A DNA stretch of 63,470 nt, the filler included, from Octopus bimaculoides (lineage: Eukaryota): the NCBI RefSeq assembly GCF_001194135.2. It is 5 parts of 5 records of this genome, joined end to end, with 100 filler letters (N's around TTAATTAATTAA, not from the genome) between each part and the next. Parts side by side here need not be neighbours in the genome. Positions count along the whole stretch, not along the records: positions 27,118 to 55,859 come from NC_068994.1; 4 more parts are not named here. One strand, 5' to 3'. Position 1 is the stretch's first letter, and each line of letters starts with the position of its first letter. Below the pieces are notes generated by a model. It had not been told where the DNA came from and ran no database searches. It worked only from the letters and a program-made list of their open reading frames with translations. Position numbers and translations under genes: made by a program. Of the stretch, positions 39,839 through 52,699 are shown in pieces.

Positions 39839-39870
<32 letters not shown>

Positions 39871-39948
39871 TATTATATATACAGATATCAAATATACACG
39901 TAATTAAGATAACATTTGAACATTCTCTCTATATTATATATACTATGA

Positions 39949-39985
<37 letters not shown>

Positions 39986-40446
39986 CATACATACACACGC
40001 ACAATAATCATGTTTACGTGAGTACTTGAACGTATTGTAGGCAAGATAGCTGTGTACAACGAGTGTACATATTAGAATTGTGTAGAATGGACTTTTCGTG
40101 AACAGTTTATTTTTTATATAAAACTGCCTGTATCAGGCCGTGCGCGCGCGCGTATGTGCGTGTGTGTGTAACTGCCTAAGTACGCATTATGGAGAGCGGC
40201 TATACTTGATATAATATATATATATATACACACACACAGATACATGTATGTGTGTCTGTGTCTACGTACGTACATGTATGTATATGCACATATATATATA
40301 TATTAGTAAAGAGAGAGAGATAACAGTACTTGACTTAAGTGCGTACAGCTGATTGTGTACATACATGCAGCTGGTAATATGTATGGAAGCTAGCAGAATA
40401 TATAGATCTGTGGTTCGTATGTATGCATAGAACTGTGTGTGTATGT

Positions 40447-40481
<35 letters not shown>

Positions 40482-40659
40482 AACAGACGAGAGCAGGTTG
40501 TTGTTTTACCCCGTGTCAGTCTTGATCGAACATCCACAGACAATCGCAACCACGAACGCATTTTTCTTTCAGGAATAAAGTAAACTGGAATTATATTATC
40601 CAGTGTCGCTCTTTCTCTTTTTTTTTAAAAATAAAAGTCTTAAGGTGTGGGTCGAAGGA

Positions 40660-40710
40660 GATTTGGCTGCTATGTCTAATAGTCAGAGGCTGTCTCGTTG
40701 GGTCGATTAG
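40660..40710. repeat. Short interspersed repeat (GGAGATTTGGCTGCTATTTCTA-like)
   Basis: Related copies near 1830-1890, 35985-36035, 41440-41480, 41895-41960 and 48525-48560. Confidence 0.55.
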
Positions 40711-42334
40711 TGTGTGTGTACGTGTGTGTGTGTATGTAATAGAGCTAGCTAGTTGGGTCTGGATGTATATACAAAATCGTCAGCTTCTGTTTTGTAGAAC
40801 ATATACAGCGAAGAGTGTATATTTATAGAAGTGACAGTGAGTGTGAATATACAGATTGCGCAGTGGGTATATACATACATAATATATATGTATATATATA
40901 GAGAGAGATAGATAAAGAGAGAGAGAGCGAAAGAGCTTGTTTGTTGCATGTGTATACACTCAGTGAAATAAACAAAGAATAGAATGCATCCGATTATATA
41001 GTAATAGAGTGTTGTAGTATATTATAGTCATTGTGTACTGTATTTACAGGATAATGAACTATACCATATTTATACAGCAACGGTGTGCTGTACTGTATCA
41101 TAGTAATACTGTGTTGTATTTGTATAATAATGGTGTATTTCACTGTACTATATAATAATGGTTATCGGTATTGTTAAACAGTAATGATATACTGTAAAAG
41201 GAAGTGCACAGTATTCCAGTCCGTGATAATAATTGTGAACTGTACTATATTATCGATTTGAGGGTGATTTGTATGTGTGTATATTATATCGTATTGTAGT
41301 TATGGTGTACCGTATCATATATATATATATATATAGTAACCGTTTAACATTATTTATACTGAAGAAATGTATAAATAGTGTTGGTATACTGAAGGGTAGA
41401 TAGAAAAAAAATGTATAGAAGCATGTGATTTCACGAAAGGGGAGCTTGGCTGTCGTTTCTAAGCAAGTCAAGCTACCACATAAATGCTATTCAGTTGGAC
41501 GGATGGTCCCTCCTGAGGTGTATAGTGTAGAAGAATGAGAAGTGTGTAGAAGAAAGATATAGTCGGTCTAATATACTGTGTTATATAGTGATAAAGATAA
41601 TGTAATAGAATGCAACGCTTAGTGCTAGAGGCTTCGTCGAGTTAGTAGGAAGCTTTACTTGTGTGTGTGTGTGTGTGTGTGTGTGTATTTACCACAAGTT
41701 GAGCTCGGTCCTGGACCAGCGCACATTGGATCAACCGATTTCAAGCCCTGGAACCTCCAGTATTTAGAATTATAATTATTTATTTATTTATCATCATCAT
41801 CATTATTATATATTATAATTTTGGCAAGAGTAACTACATTATCCAATATTTCCTGTCTATTTTCGGACTAACTATTTGGTATGGAGAGAGAAAGAGAGGG
41901 GATTTTTTGACTGCTATTTCGAATAGGTCAAGCAACAATATTAGAGGCTCCTTGTTGGTAGTAAAGACAACCTAAAACATAGACAACTGTTGCTGCTGCC
42001 GCTACTATTACTACTATTACTTGTAGTACCACAGTAACAATAGCTAAAGAACAATATGCGATGGGGGGGGGAGGCCCTCTGTGTGGTCAGTCGTTCGATG
42101 GGCTAGAAACTGCAGTCAAAACCTTCTTCAATTATAACCTACCATCAGACTGTATCTAAGGCTACACGGAATAAAGTTCTTAGTATTTTATATTGTTATT
42201 ACTGTTAGTAGTAGTAGAAGTATTACTAGTCGTGACAACAACAAACTGGATGGCCGTAAATGGACTGATTTTCATCATAGTCTGCTCAAAGACGACTAGA
42301 GACCAAACAACAGAATGGAAAATACATGCATAAT

Positions 42335-42369
<35 letters not shown>

Positions 42370-42928
42370 ACGCACACTTTCACGAGATTTGTATGTTTAG
42401 GACGCGTTGAATATTACTTATCTATATACATATACATTATGTGTGGACACACATACACACGGTGGTACTACTACTACCACTGATACTACTTATTAACGTT
42501 TCTCATTATCATCGTCAACAATACACGGGGCAGTTATGAAACCACTCCACTGCTAAAAGTAACAGCCAAATTTCCTCAGATCACAGCTTATCAGATATTT
42601 AAAATACAATGCAAGATATATATTCGACAACGCAGGTCTAGTGAAAGAGGGAAAAAAAAATATGAAGATAGCCGGAATGTTTTTGATCACTGGTAGGTCG
42701 ACCCTACAACGCCTGACCTGGGGTTAAACAGCAGATACTAATGGTGCTTAAATGTCAATAATGGTACATGGCAATATATCTTAGAAGTGTTGTCGACTAA
42801 GTCGGTCTGCAAATACTACTAAAGGCTAGTTGTTGATGGTGAAATTGTATAAACGAGAAGGTACAGGGGAAAAAATGGCTACTGCACTGTGTAGAGTATA
42901 AGTGTTTTAAATCATAAGTGTGTATATG

Positions 42929-42963
<35 letters not shown>

Positions 42964-43194
42964 TGTGAGTGAGAGAGGGAGAGAATGAGTGCGCGTGTGT
43001 GTATATATATATATATATATGCAGATACATGTACACGTGTGAGCGTGCGTGGGCGCATATTGCATGTATTGATGGAATTGAATTCTTTGTATACACTTTT
43101 GTGTATACATACTTTTAACATACATACCATAGATCGACAGAAATGGGAGGACAACTATAAATAAATGCATGCAGGTCTATCGAAGGTGTGTGTG

Positions 43195-43253
<59 letters not shown>

Positions 43254-43709
43254 NNNNNNNNNNNNNNNNNNNNNNNNNNNNNNNNNNNNNNNNNNNNNNN
43301 NNNNNNNNNNNNNNNNNNNNNNNNNNNNNNNNNNNNNNNNNNNNNNNNNNNNNNNNNNNNNNNNNNNNNNNNNNNNNNNNNNNNNNNNNNNNNNNNNNNN
43401 NNNNNNNNNNNNNNNNNNNNNNNNNNNNNNNNNNNNNNNNNNNNNNNNNNNNNNNNNNNNNNNNNNNNNNNNNNNNNNNNNNNNNNNNNNNNNNNNNNNN
43501 NNNNNNNNNNNNNNNNNNNNNNNNNNNNNNNNNNNNNNNNNNNNNNNNNNNNNNNNNNNNNNNNNNNNNNNNNNNNNNNNNNNNNNNNNNNNNNNNNNNN
43601 NNNNNNNNNNNNNNNNNNNNNNNNNNNNNNNNNNNNNNNNNNNNNCACACACAAGGCGGTGTTCCACCATGGCCACAGTCAAATGACTGAAACAAGTAAA
43701 AGAATTTGC

Positions 43710-43759
<50 letters not shown>

Positions 43760-43761
<2 letters not shown>

Positions 43762-43968
43762 ACAGAAGCGGCATGGCTACTTCATTTGTACCAGCGACAC
43801 AAAGAAAAGCACTCGGAGCATACTGCCAAGTGGTTGGTCTTAGGAAGGACATCCAGCCACACAAAGACCATGCCAAAGCAGATACTATAACACAGTGTCG
43901 TCCTTGGGACCTGTCAAACCTGTCCAACCCATGCCAGCATGGAACGAACACACTAAATAACGACGATG
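43760..43968 (+). repeat. Interspersed repeat with LINE-like 3' tail (related copy 44905-45085)
   Basis: Shared motifs GGAAGG(A/G)CATCCAG/GAGCATCTG, ACCCATGC(C/A)AGCATGG and a (GAT)-type ending. Confidence 0.45.
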
Positions 43969-44388
43969 CGCACGCTTTCGATTTTGCTTCCTTCTCAATA
44001 GAAATCATGTACACACGATTGTTTCCGATCTCATTCTATGGTTACCATGTTGCATACAAAGACTGTAACAACACAGTAGGTTTGACATGTTTATATAAAA
44101 CATAAAATACATATCGATATACATCAAACACACACACACACACACATATATGTATGCTGCCATATTCGGAGATGGTCATATTTTTTTGCAAATTAACCAC
44201 ACGCACTATATACTCGTTCTTCACTTCAGCTTTATCATTGTTATTATCATTTTCCTATCTTTTGTTCGAAATCTTTCATCACACGTCTTGTGACCTCTTC
44301 AGCAACTCTCCATTCCATGTATCCCCTGTTTTGTTTAGTCCACAGGTGTGTGTGTGTGTGTGTGTGTATGTGTATATATATATATATG

Positions 44389-44421
<33 letters not shown>

Positions 44422-46164
44422 TACACACATACACACTATATATATAATTTGTAAATTATACATTAATATACAAATGATATTCTTTCCTGGTTACTATCAA
44501 TCAGTGGCCATGCTACAGAATCTCTTTGGAATTCAAAATGCTTACAGAACATAAGTCTCCAAAGCAGTCACTCTAGTTTTGTTGTTGTTGAACTTCACCA
44601 TCTGGACAAGAGCCAATATTGCATATATTATGTGCATGGCTAGACACAGGCATTATCATTTGCTTAAAAGGTTGGCTTTGCCACCATGTAGCCACATGGT
44701 TCAGTCGTACTGTTTGTTACATTGAGCTACTGTGCTCCAATAGCATTGGGCCAACAAAAGCTGTGAGAGTAAAATTGGTAAAGAGAATCTGAAAGAAACC
44801 TGTGTTATCTATTTATCTATATGTGAGTGTAAGCATCCATCAATATCCTCTTTATCTTGAGATCACACACTGATTGTAAAGAACACCACTGCTCATAAAT
44901 AAAGAGAAAGAAAAAAAAAGACTGCCATTTGTTTGCAATCTTCCCTGACAACATGGCCAGACATTACCTTGCTTGAAAACAGTACAAGGCTGATAAGAGG
45001 AAGAGCATCTGACTACAAAATCTGCCTCAAAACATTTCATCCCTGACTCATGCAGGTGAGGAAAACTGGATGTTAAAACGATTATGATATATGCTTGTTT
45101 CTCTATGTATGCATGTATGTATATATGTATACTTATGCACACATATTGATATTAATATGCACGCATGTATATAAATATATCAACATTAGCCTTCACAGTC
45201 AATTATTGTGCATATTGTCTTGTTAACAAACTTAAATATTTGTTGTACCTCATATTTTGTAAATTAAAAGTATATTTGTTATCACCCAATCATGGTCAGC
45301 CTAATGCTTTTGTATCACCCTGTCTGTCTTTCATACACCATTTACAGAGTAGCATTAGTTACACAAATCAACTAGAACACCAAACTCAGTGGTCCTGTTC
45401 ATAAAAAGTGACGAGATTGCTATGGTCTTCAGGCAACAGCTGATGAGAGTCTGTTAACACTGTTTCTGTTGTCCAATGTACTTTATCTATCTTTGCTTAA
45501 TTTCTCTTCTGACCACATCACTCCATCATGTATACACACACACACAACTAAAAAAAAAAAACATATATAAGAATACATACAAATAAAATTATATTCCAAT
45601 GTATATGCAACTATATACATATATTCTATACAAACATACATATGCATCTCTTATTTGAAGCCAGTTTCAGTATAATGAGAAGAACATCCATATATAAAAT
45701 ATCTAAAATAACTTGCTCGTCCATCATGAACAAACCAGTATCAAACACACAGTTGTGCTATATAGCTTCATTCATGCTGGCAAAGATTGGAGGAGCAATA
45801 TATTTAGGTATTTTCTATAAGGATAGCCTTCTAACAAAACCAGCTTCAAGTAAGAGATTTAATGTGTGCTTATATACAATATATGTATACAAATGATGAA
45901 TTTATACAAATATATAGGAATAATTTATGTAACTATATATTATACATACATATAGTTATTGCTGGCCTTGTGCCTATGTCAGAATATATAATATACATAC
46001 ATCAAGGGATAATATAAACCTCTCTCTCTTTTTATATATATANNNNNNNNNNNNNNNNNNNNAAATGGCAAGACAACAAAAGAATGAAAGAGACCTCGAT
46101 ATTATGTAGAGGAATTTATCTGTAATATATATATACATATATATAAACACATATACATGCGTAT

Positions 46165-46385
46165 AAATTCTTTTGCTTGTTTCAGTCATTTGACTGTGGC
46201 CATGCTAGGAGCACCACCTTTAGTCGAACAAATCGATCCCCAGGACTTATTCTTTGGTAGTCTAGTACTTAGTCTATCGGTAACTTTTGCCGAACCACTA
46301 GTATACGGGGACGTAAACACACCAACATCGGTTGTCAAGCGATGGTGGGGAGGGGGACAAACGCAGAAACACAAACACACGATTC
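46165..46385 (-). mobile_element. 3' half of family B SINE
   Basis: CAGTCATTTGACTGTGGCCATGCTAGGAGCACC...GTAAACACACCAACATCGGTTGTCAAG on the + strand, as at 29228-29440. Confidence 0.8.
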
Positions 46386-46491
46386 ACATGTGGTTACATT
46401 TTGATATATATATATATATATCAAAATGTAACCACATGTGAATCGTTGGTGAATTTCTCCCTCCGTCTTCCCTTCTATTGGACTTTCCTCT

Positions 46492-46527
46492 GTTTCAGAA
46501 GAAGAGCGTCTGCTCGAAACGTTAAAC
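46492..46527 (+). ncRNA. Degenerate minimal type I hammerhead ribozyme (Penelope-associated)
   Basis: GUUU-CaGAAGA-A-GAGC(GUCU)GCUC-GAAA-CG-UU-AAAC, with one core change (U4 to A). Confidence 0.5.
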
Positions 46528-47061
46528 CATCTTTCTTTCCTTCCCTGAGCGTCTGCTAATACTTTACATGTACCACGTCCTCGCCTTATTGTTTAATCCA
46601 ATGAAAAGAAGAGGGCAAAGAAAACTCTTAAACACATCTTTAATTAGTATTTTCTTTGTCTTCTCATTGTATATATATATATATATATATAAACAATTTA
46701 ATATTAAACTTTAGAGCTTATTTAATTTTTGACAATGTCTCCGAAGCTTTAGCTCACCAGCCGCCGTCAGAGCGATATGCGTGCGCGCAAGGCCTCCGCC
46801 GGTCAAATTAGGCTATGCATCTTGCTTCTGCATGTAGGTGTAGACCAGGACAAGGTTTCTTCTGATGGAATTGCAGTTGTCCATACATGCAATTCTTTTC
46901 CCACTCCACACGATCGCTGATTTCAAACTGAAGACCAGCAAGGAAAGCCCGGCACAACTTGGCACCAGTGTCTTCGCAGCCGTTTATACAATTCAGAACC
47001 GGAACAGATAGTGCAACAGATGCAACAAAGTTAACTCGTTCGGACTCTTAGAATTCCGCTG

Positions 47062-47195
47062 ATCCACTTCCATCGATCGAATAAGATAAACGACAAAGTT
47101 GACCTCGGTGGGATTTGAACCCAAGGCGCAGAGATTTGAAACAAATATCACTAAGTAATGAATATTCAACGCTCTGATGATTCTGCTAACCTCCC
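47062..47195 (-). mobile_element. Diverged family A SINE
   Basis: AAAGTTGACCTCGGTGGGATTTGAACC and GATTCTGCTAAC. Further remnants at about 50440-50510, 50820-50950 and 51385-51566. Confidence 0.6.
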
Positions 47196-47220
47196 TCATA
47201 GTATGTGTAAATGTGTGTAG

Positions 47221-47251
<31 letters not shown>

Positions 47252-47939
47252 TGTGTGTACGTTCGACTTAATTCAAAGACTAGGACCAATCATATGACGA
47301 ACAACTTAATACAATTTAAAAAGTAAAATCAAAGCACAGAGCTTTATGAAAAATATGACCTGTATGTCTGTATATTTATGAGAGACGGTGTGAAAAGGCA
47401 GTAAAACATACACAAACACAATACTTACTGAAGACAATAAGAACGATGAACGGCCATAAACAAATATCTATAAATACATACCACAATAGACAGAGAAATA
47501 TTTGTACCCACACGACATTACAACTCGCATTCTACTCAAGAAACAGAGAAGGGTATATATATAAACTCACATCCCAATATATATGCAATATTATATACGT
47601 GTATAACACAACAGGGGCGGAAAAATGCCCCAACATTTGGTGCGAAAGACAATAAACAATGAGGTTAGTATTGACTATGATAGATAGATAGATAGATAGT
47701 AGTGGAAGTTTCTCCTTACTCACTTCTCTTACTCAATCACCCTCCAATTAAAAATAGACCAGGACAAGGGACCGAACCTAATTCCCACCACAATATTCCC
47801 AGAGATCGGTTGGGGAGCAACAGCCAGAAACACACACACATATATAAATATATATATATACATATATATATAAGCAAACACAGAGTAATCTATTTATGAA
47901 TGCATTGTGTTCATATAGTAATAAGACAATAGACGTATA

Positions 47940-48032
<93 letters not shown>

Positions 48033-51015
48033 TCACAGGTAAATATATGTATGTGAGTATACTATATGTATATGTAAACATAATACATATAAATTTCCAG
48101 TAGCGGCTTTAATGAGATAAGCGACCGATAAAACAATGAAAACTCACCTATGTGTGTCACCAACCACACACGTACATACTATAAAGTTTTGCTTGCCTAT
48201 AACGACATAGGTATGTGTGTATCTATCTACACACACACACACACATATATATATAAAACAAATAATAAATGAGTATATGCATATATACGTACAGGTAGGT
48301 ATGTGCATATATACACGCGTGCACAAGTACATAAAAATTGCAGACCTACACTTGTAAATGACAGGCATACTCTACGTACAGTTACATGAGGACATACCTA
48401 TCTACCTACATACATACATAGAAAATGCACAGCTTTCATAGTGGCAAAAAAAAAAAAAAAATTAACCCAGCGCCTAAATAGTTACCATACGAACCAAGAA
48501 AGGAGCGCTTTCTTGGTCGGACGACTCAGCTAGAAATAGCAGCAAAATTTCTCTGATGCACACCGAACTGCCTTAGCAGAGGACACATTAGATATAGACG
48601 TGTGTTGGGGTGTGAAAAAAAACCCCCGGATAGTCACGGCTGGAATGCTTTTGATCAATGGTTTATCTCGTCCAAGCTTACCGAGAGTTAAGCAATAACA
48701 ATAGACCCTACGTGGTCCCGAGATCTGCAAGAAATAATAACGAGTCTCTCAAATCATTCCCTTAGACTCATTAACTAACGGTAGACATTCAAGTTCTATT
48801 TCTTAAAAAGAGAGAAAGACGGTTATGGTTATTGCTGGAACAATTTTAATCGATCCAGGCTGAGTTGGTACGAAACAACCAGAAGGGAGATCCATTATTA
48901 TATTATATTTTGTATATGCGATGGGAGAGGAAATAAACTATTTATTGTGGGGTGTTTACAGTGCCAGTATATACAAGAGGCATAAAATATCCGGGTACTA
49001 CTCAGTAAGGTGTCTGGAACATAAGACAAAAAACCTCAGAAAAGCTGCACAGGGCGTGTATGTGAAATACATATATATCGGGTTCATTTGAGTATACATA
49101 CATTTATACTATATAAACATTTGAGAATCTGCACTAATTTTGTACGGAGTTCATTTATGTAGGAGGAACTTGTAATGTAAACACGTGTATGTATATTTAT
49201 ACGTACGATACAGTGTGCTTATATGCGTATAGCTGATGACTACACAGTATGTGTGTAAATGCAAGTTGTCTAAGTACAACATGTATATGTGTAATTAAGG
49301 GTATCTATGTAAGGTTGTTTAGTACAGAGTACTACACAACCTTACATAGACGTGTATAACGTGTGTATATGATTCTGTATTGGATGCGTGTGTATAGTAC
49401 AACGTCATGTGTTGCATGTGTATAAGAATCTAGGAGTACATCGATCTGTATGCACAGATGTCTAATACAGGACATATGTGTATAACTGAGTATTACATGN
49501 NNNNNNNNNNNNNNNNNNNNNNNNNNNNNNNNNNNNNNNNNNNNNNNNNNNNNNNNNNNNNNNNNNNNNNNNNNNNNNNNNNNNNNNNNNNNNNNNNNNN
49601 NNNNNNNNNNNNNNNNNNNNNNNNNNNNNNNNNNNNNNNNNNNNNNNNNNNNNNNNNNNNNNNNNNNNNNNNNNNNNNNNNNNNNNNNNNNNNNNNNNNN
49701 NNNNNNNNNNNNNNNNNNNNNNNNNNNNNNNNNNNNNNNNNNNNNNNNNNNNNNNNNNNNNNNNNNNNNNNNNNNNNNNNNNNNNNNNNNNNNNNNNNNN
49801 NNNNNNNNNNNNNNNNNNNNNNNNNNNNNNNNNNNNNNNNNNNNNNNNNNNNNNNNNNNNNNNNNNNNNNNNNNNNNNNNNNNNNNNNNNNNNNNNNNNN
49901 NNNNNNNNNNNNNNNNNNNNNNNNNNNNNNNNNNNNNNNNNNNNNNNNNNNNNNNNNNNNNNNNNNNNNNNNNNNNNNNNNNNNNNNNNNNNNNNNNNNN
50001 NNNNNNNNNNNNNNNNNNNNNNNNNNNNNNNNNNNNNNNNNNNNNNNNNNNNNNNNNNNNNNNNNNNNNNNNNNNNNNNNNNNNNNNNNNNNNNNNNNNN
50101 NNNNNNNNNNNNNNNNNNNNNNNNNNNNNNNNNNNNNNNNNNNNNNNNNNNNNNNNNNNNNNNNNNNNNNNNNNNNNNNNNNNNNNNNNNNNNNNNNNNN
50201 NNNNNNNNNNNNNNNNNNNNNNNNNNNNNNNNNNNNNNNNNNNNNNNNNNNNNNNNNNNNNNNNNNNNNNNNNNNNNNNNNNNNNNNNNNNNNNNNNNNN
50301 NNNNNNNNNNNNNNNNNNNNNNNNNNNNNNNNNNNNNNNNNNNNNNNNNNNNNNNNNNNNNNNNNNNNNNNNNNNNNNNNNNNATTATAGTTCCAGTGAA
50401 CCGAAAGCTTGTTAAATACATCTGATAGAAATTCGAGGCGTCGAATAGCCAAGTTGGACCCGGTAGAATTTGAACTCAGCGCGTAAACTGATGTAACTCA
50501 ATATCGCAAAGCGATTCAACCAATTTCCCGTTACCCCGGAAGTATAAAAATAAAGGGCAAAGTTTTGGAATAGCTGTCCCCCGAAATCTTAACCTCATGG
50601 GAAAGGAAACGAGTAGAGTTTTGGCTGGGGTTGTTTTTTTTTTTCTTCTTCTTCTTCTTCTTCTTCAGTGTTTAGTATTCCAATTTAGTGTTTCCTTTCA
50701 TACAATGAAAATTACGATTCTGGAGGAAAAAATTAAATAAAAAAAAACTTTCCAAAAATCTCAATTCTTTTATATTTTTGCACCCTAAACTTCCGTAGTC
50801 AGTTTCATCTCCATTATGAGACTTGGAGGGACAAGCTATTCCAAAACTCTACAAGGCAAATTGAATTGAAGGGATTCGAACTCGGGACATAAAGGGCCGT
50901 AACTAAAGACAGCCATGTATTTTGTCCGACACTAACGATTCCTCTAATCCGATAATTTCTCACATAGGGTTAACAAATAATACAAAAACTTCACCAGAAA
51001 TAAATTAGTGGCAAC

Positions 51016-51101
51016 GGTAAAGAATACGCACACCACCCGTTTTCGGCGTAACCCTAAACCTAATCCTAAACGCCGAAAACGGGTGGTGTGCATATTCTTT
51101 A
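51016..51101. mobile_element. Foldback element: 32-bp arms around a telomere-like loop
   Basis: TAAAGAATACGCACACCACCCGTTTTCGGCGT (51018-51049) and its inverse (51070-51101, one mismatch). Loop AACCCTAAACCTAATCCTAA. Confidence 0.8.
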
Positions 51102-51642
51102 TATTATAAAATTGGTATTTCGTCTTTATAACTAATGTCTTCTACGTGCTGTTCCTTAGAGCATTAAAAGAAATTATCATCATTATTATTGAATAGTGGG
51201 TTGGCAGAATCCTGTCTTTATGACAAGTATCAATAATAAACATGCCGGTTTAAAATCAATGGCTGTGTTTCGGAGTTCCATACCTCATAAGAAAGTGAAG
51301 GGGTACGATTTCCCATTTTTTTTTTTACAGAATCGTAATTTCAAACTATTTCAAAACTCTTCCTAGTTTCTTATATAGGTTACAGGTTTAAAACTTTTGG
51401 TAGAGGTTGGCAACTGATTTCGATTTATAACCGAGGGAGGATGAAGAACAAAGTCGATTTCGACAGGATTTCAACTCGGAAATGTAAAAACAAAAAACAA
51501 ACTGTAACTTAAATACTGCAAGACATTAATTATTATGTTCGGTGCTTTAATGATTCTGCCAAACCAGCAACAACTTTTCTGATGTTTTTAAAGAAAGGTC
51601 CTAGTTGCACGAGCCATAGTTGATAGACGTGTTACCACTAAG

Positions 51643-51684
<42 letters not shown>

Positions 51685-51784
51685 TAGACATTTTATACAT
51701 ACATACTCCAAATGGTCAGACACATGTTTTGTTTGTTAATTATGTTTCAGTGCTTTTTTTTTTTTTAATTTTTTCAAAACTTAC

Positions 51785-52692
51785 CTGTGTTCAGTAAGAG
51801 ACTCCAGTGGTAAGGATTACAGCATACATAGTAAGGATCATCTCCANNNNNNNNNNNNNNNNNNNNNNNNNNNNNNNNNNNNNNNNNNNNNNNNNNNNNN
51901 NNNNNNNNNNNNNNNNNNNNNNNNNNNNNNNNNNNNNNNNNNNNNNNNNNNNNNNNNNNNNNNCTCAACAGACTGAAGCAAGACGTTCAATTGGGGCTCA
52001 GTTAGTCTTTTCAGCATTGAATGGGACACAGCCTTCAGTTCCATCTCGTCCGTGCACGGTGACACAGATGGCGTTGGCGAGGGACATGATGATGATGAGG
52101 AAGATGAGGATGATGACGATGATGATGAGGAAGATGACGATGATGATGGTGACGATGACGACGACGACGACGACGACGACCCGTTGTTATTGTGGTTAAT
52201 GTTGTTGTTGTTGTTGTGTTGATGATTGCTTTTATGTTGTTGATGGTTGTTGTGTTCGTGTTGTTCTGTTTGTTGGTGATGTTGGTCGAGGTTGTTGTGC
52301 GACTGGTGCAGCCGGGGTTCGTTTTCGTCGTTTTCCTGTACGAGTTCATGTTGTTGATGGTATTGGTGATGGCGGTGATGGTGGTGGTGGTGGTAGTGCT
52401 GTTGTTTTTGTTCTTGCGTGTCACCAACATTGGCACCCAAGCCCGTGCCACAGCAACCGACATTAGTGTCACTACCTCCGCCGCCGCTACCACCACCACA
52501 ACCACAACCCGTGCCACCTGCGCAACAGCAAACAAGCGTGCCGCCGCCACAACAGCAACCACCACCACTACCACCACCCGTGCTGCCGCTACCTGCGCCA
52601 CCGTTTTCAGTCGTACCCGAGGTTTCATTGTGTAGAATGCGATTTTTCCACAAGCGCTTCACAAGGGCGTTACGTTTAATAGAACGGAACAT
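51785..52692 (-). CDS. Smad6/7: Inhibitory Smad (Smad6/7, Dad-like), first coding exon: N-terminus and MH1-like domain
   Basis: Begins MFRSIKRNALVKRLWKNR (human SMAD6 MFRSKRSGLVRRLWRSR, SMAD7 MFRTKRSALVRRLWRSR). Contains ELKAVSHSMLKRLTEPQLNVLLQSVE (cf. [26 protein letters not shown]) and, after the 51847-51963 gap, YVCCNPYHWS (MH1 end motif CCNPYHFS). Ends at a phase-1 G|GTAAGT donor, at a position comparable to vertebrate I-Smad exon 1. Confidence 0.95.
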
Positions 52693-52699
52693 GAAACAT

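Noticed and set aside
50384-50410. GTTC-CAGT-GAAC-CGAAAGCTT, a possible third hammerhead
   Set aside because: The 5' CUGANGA core is absent and the sequence abuts a gap.
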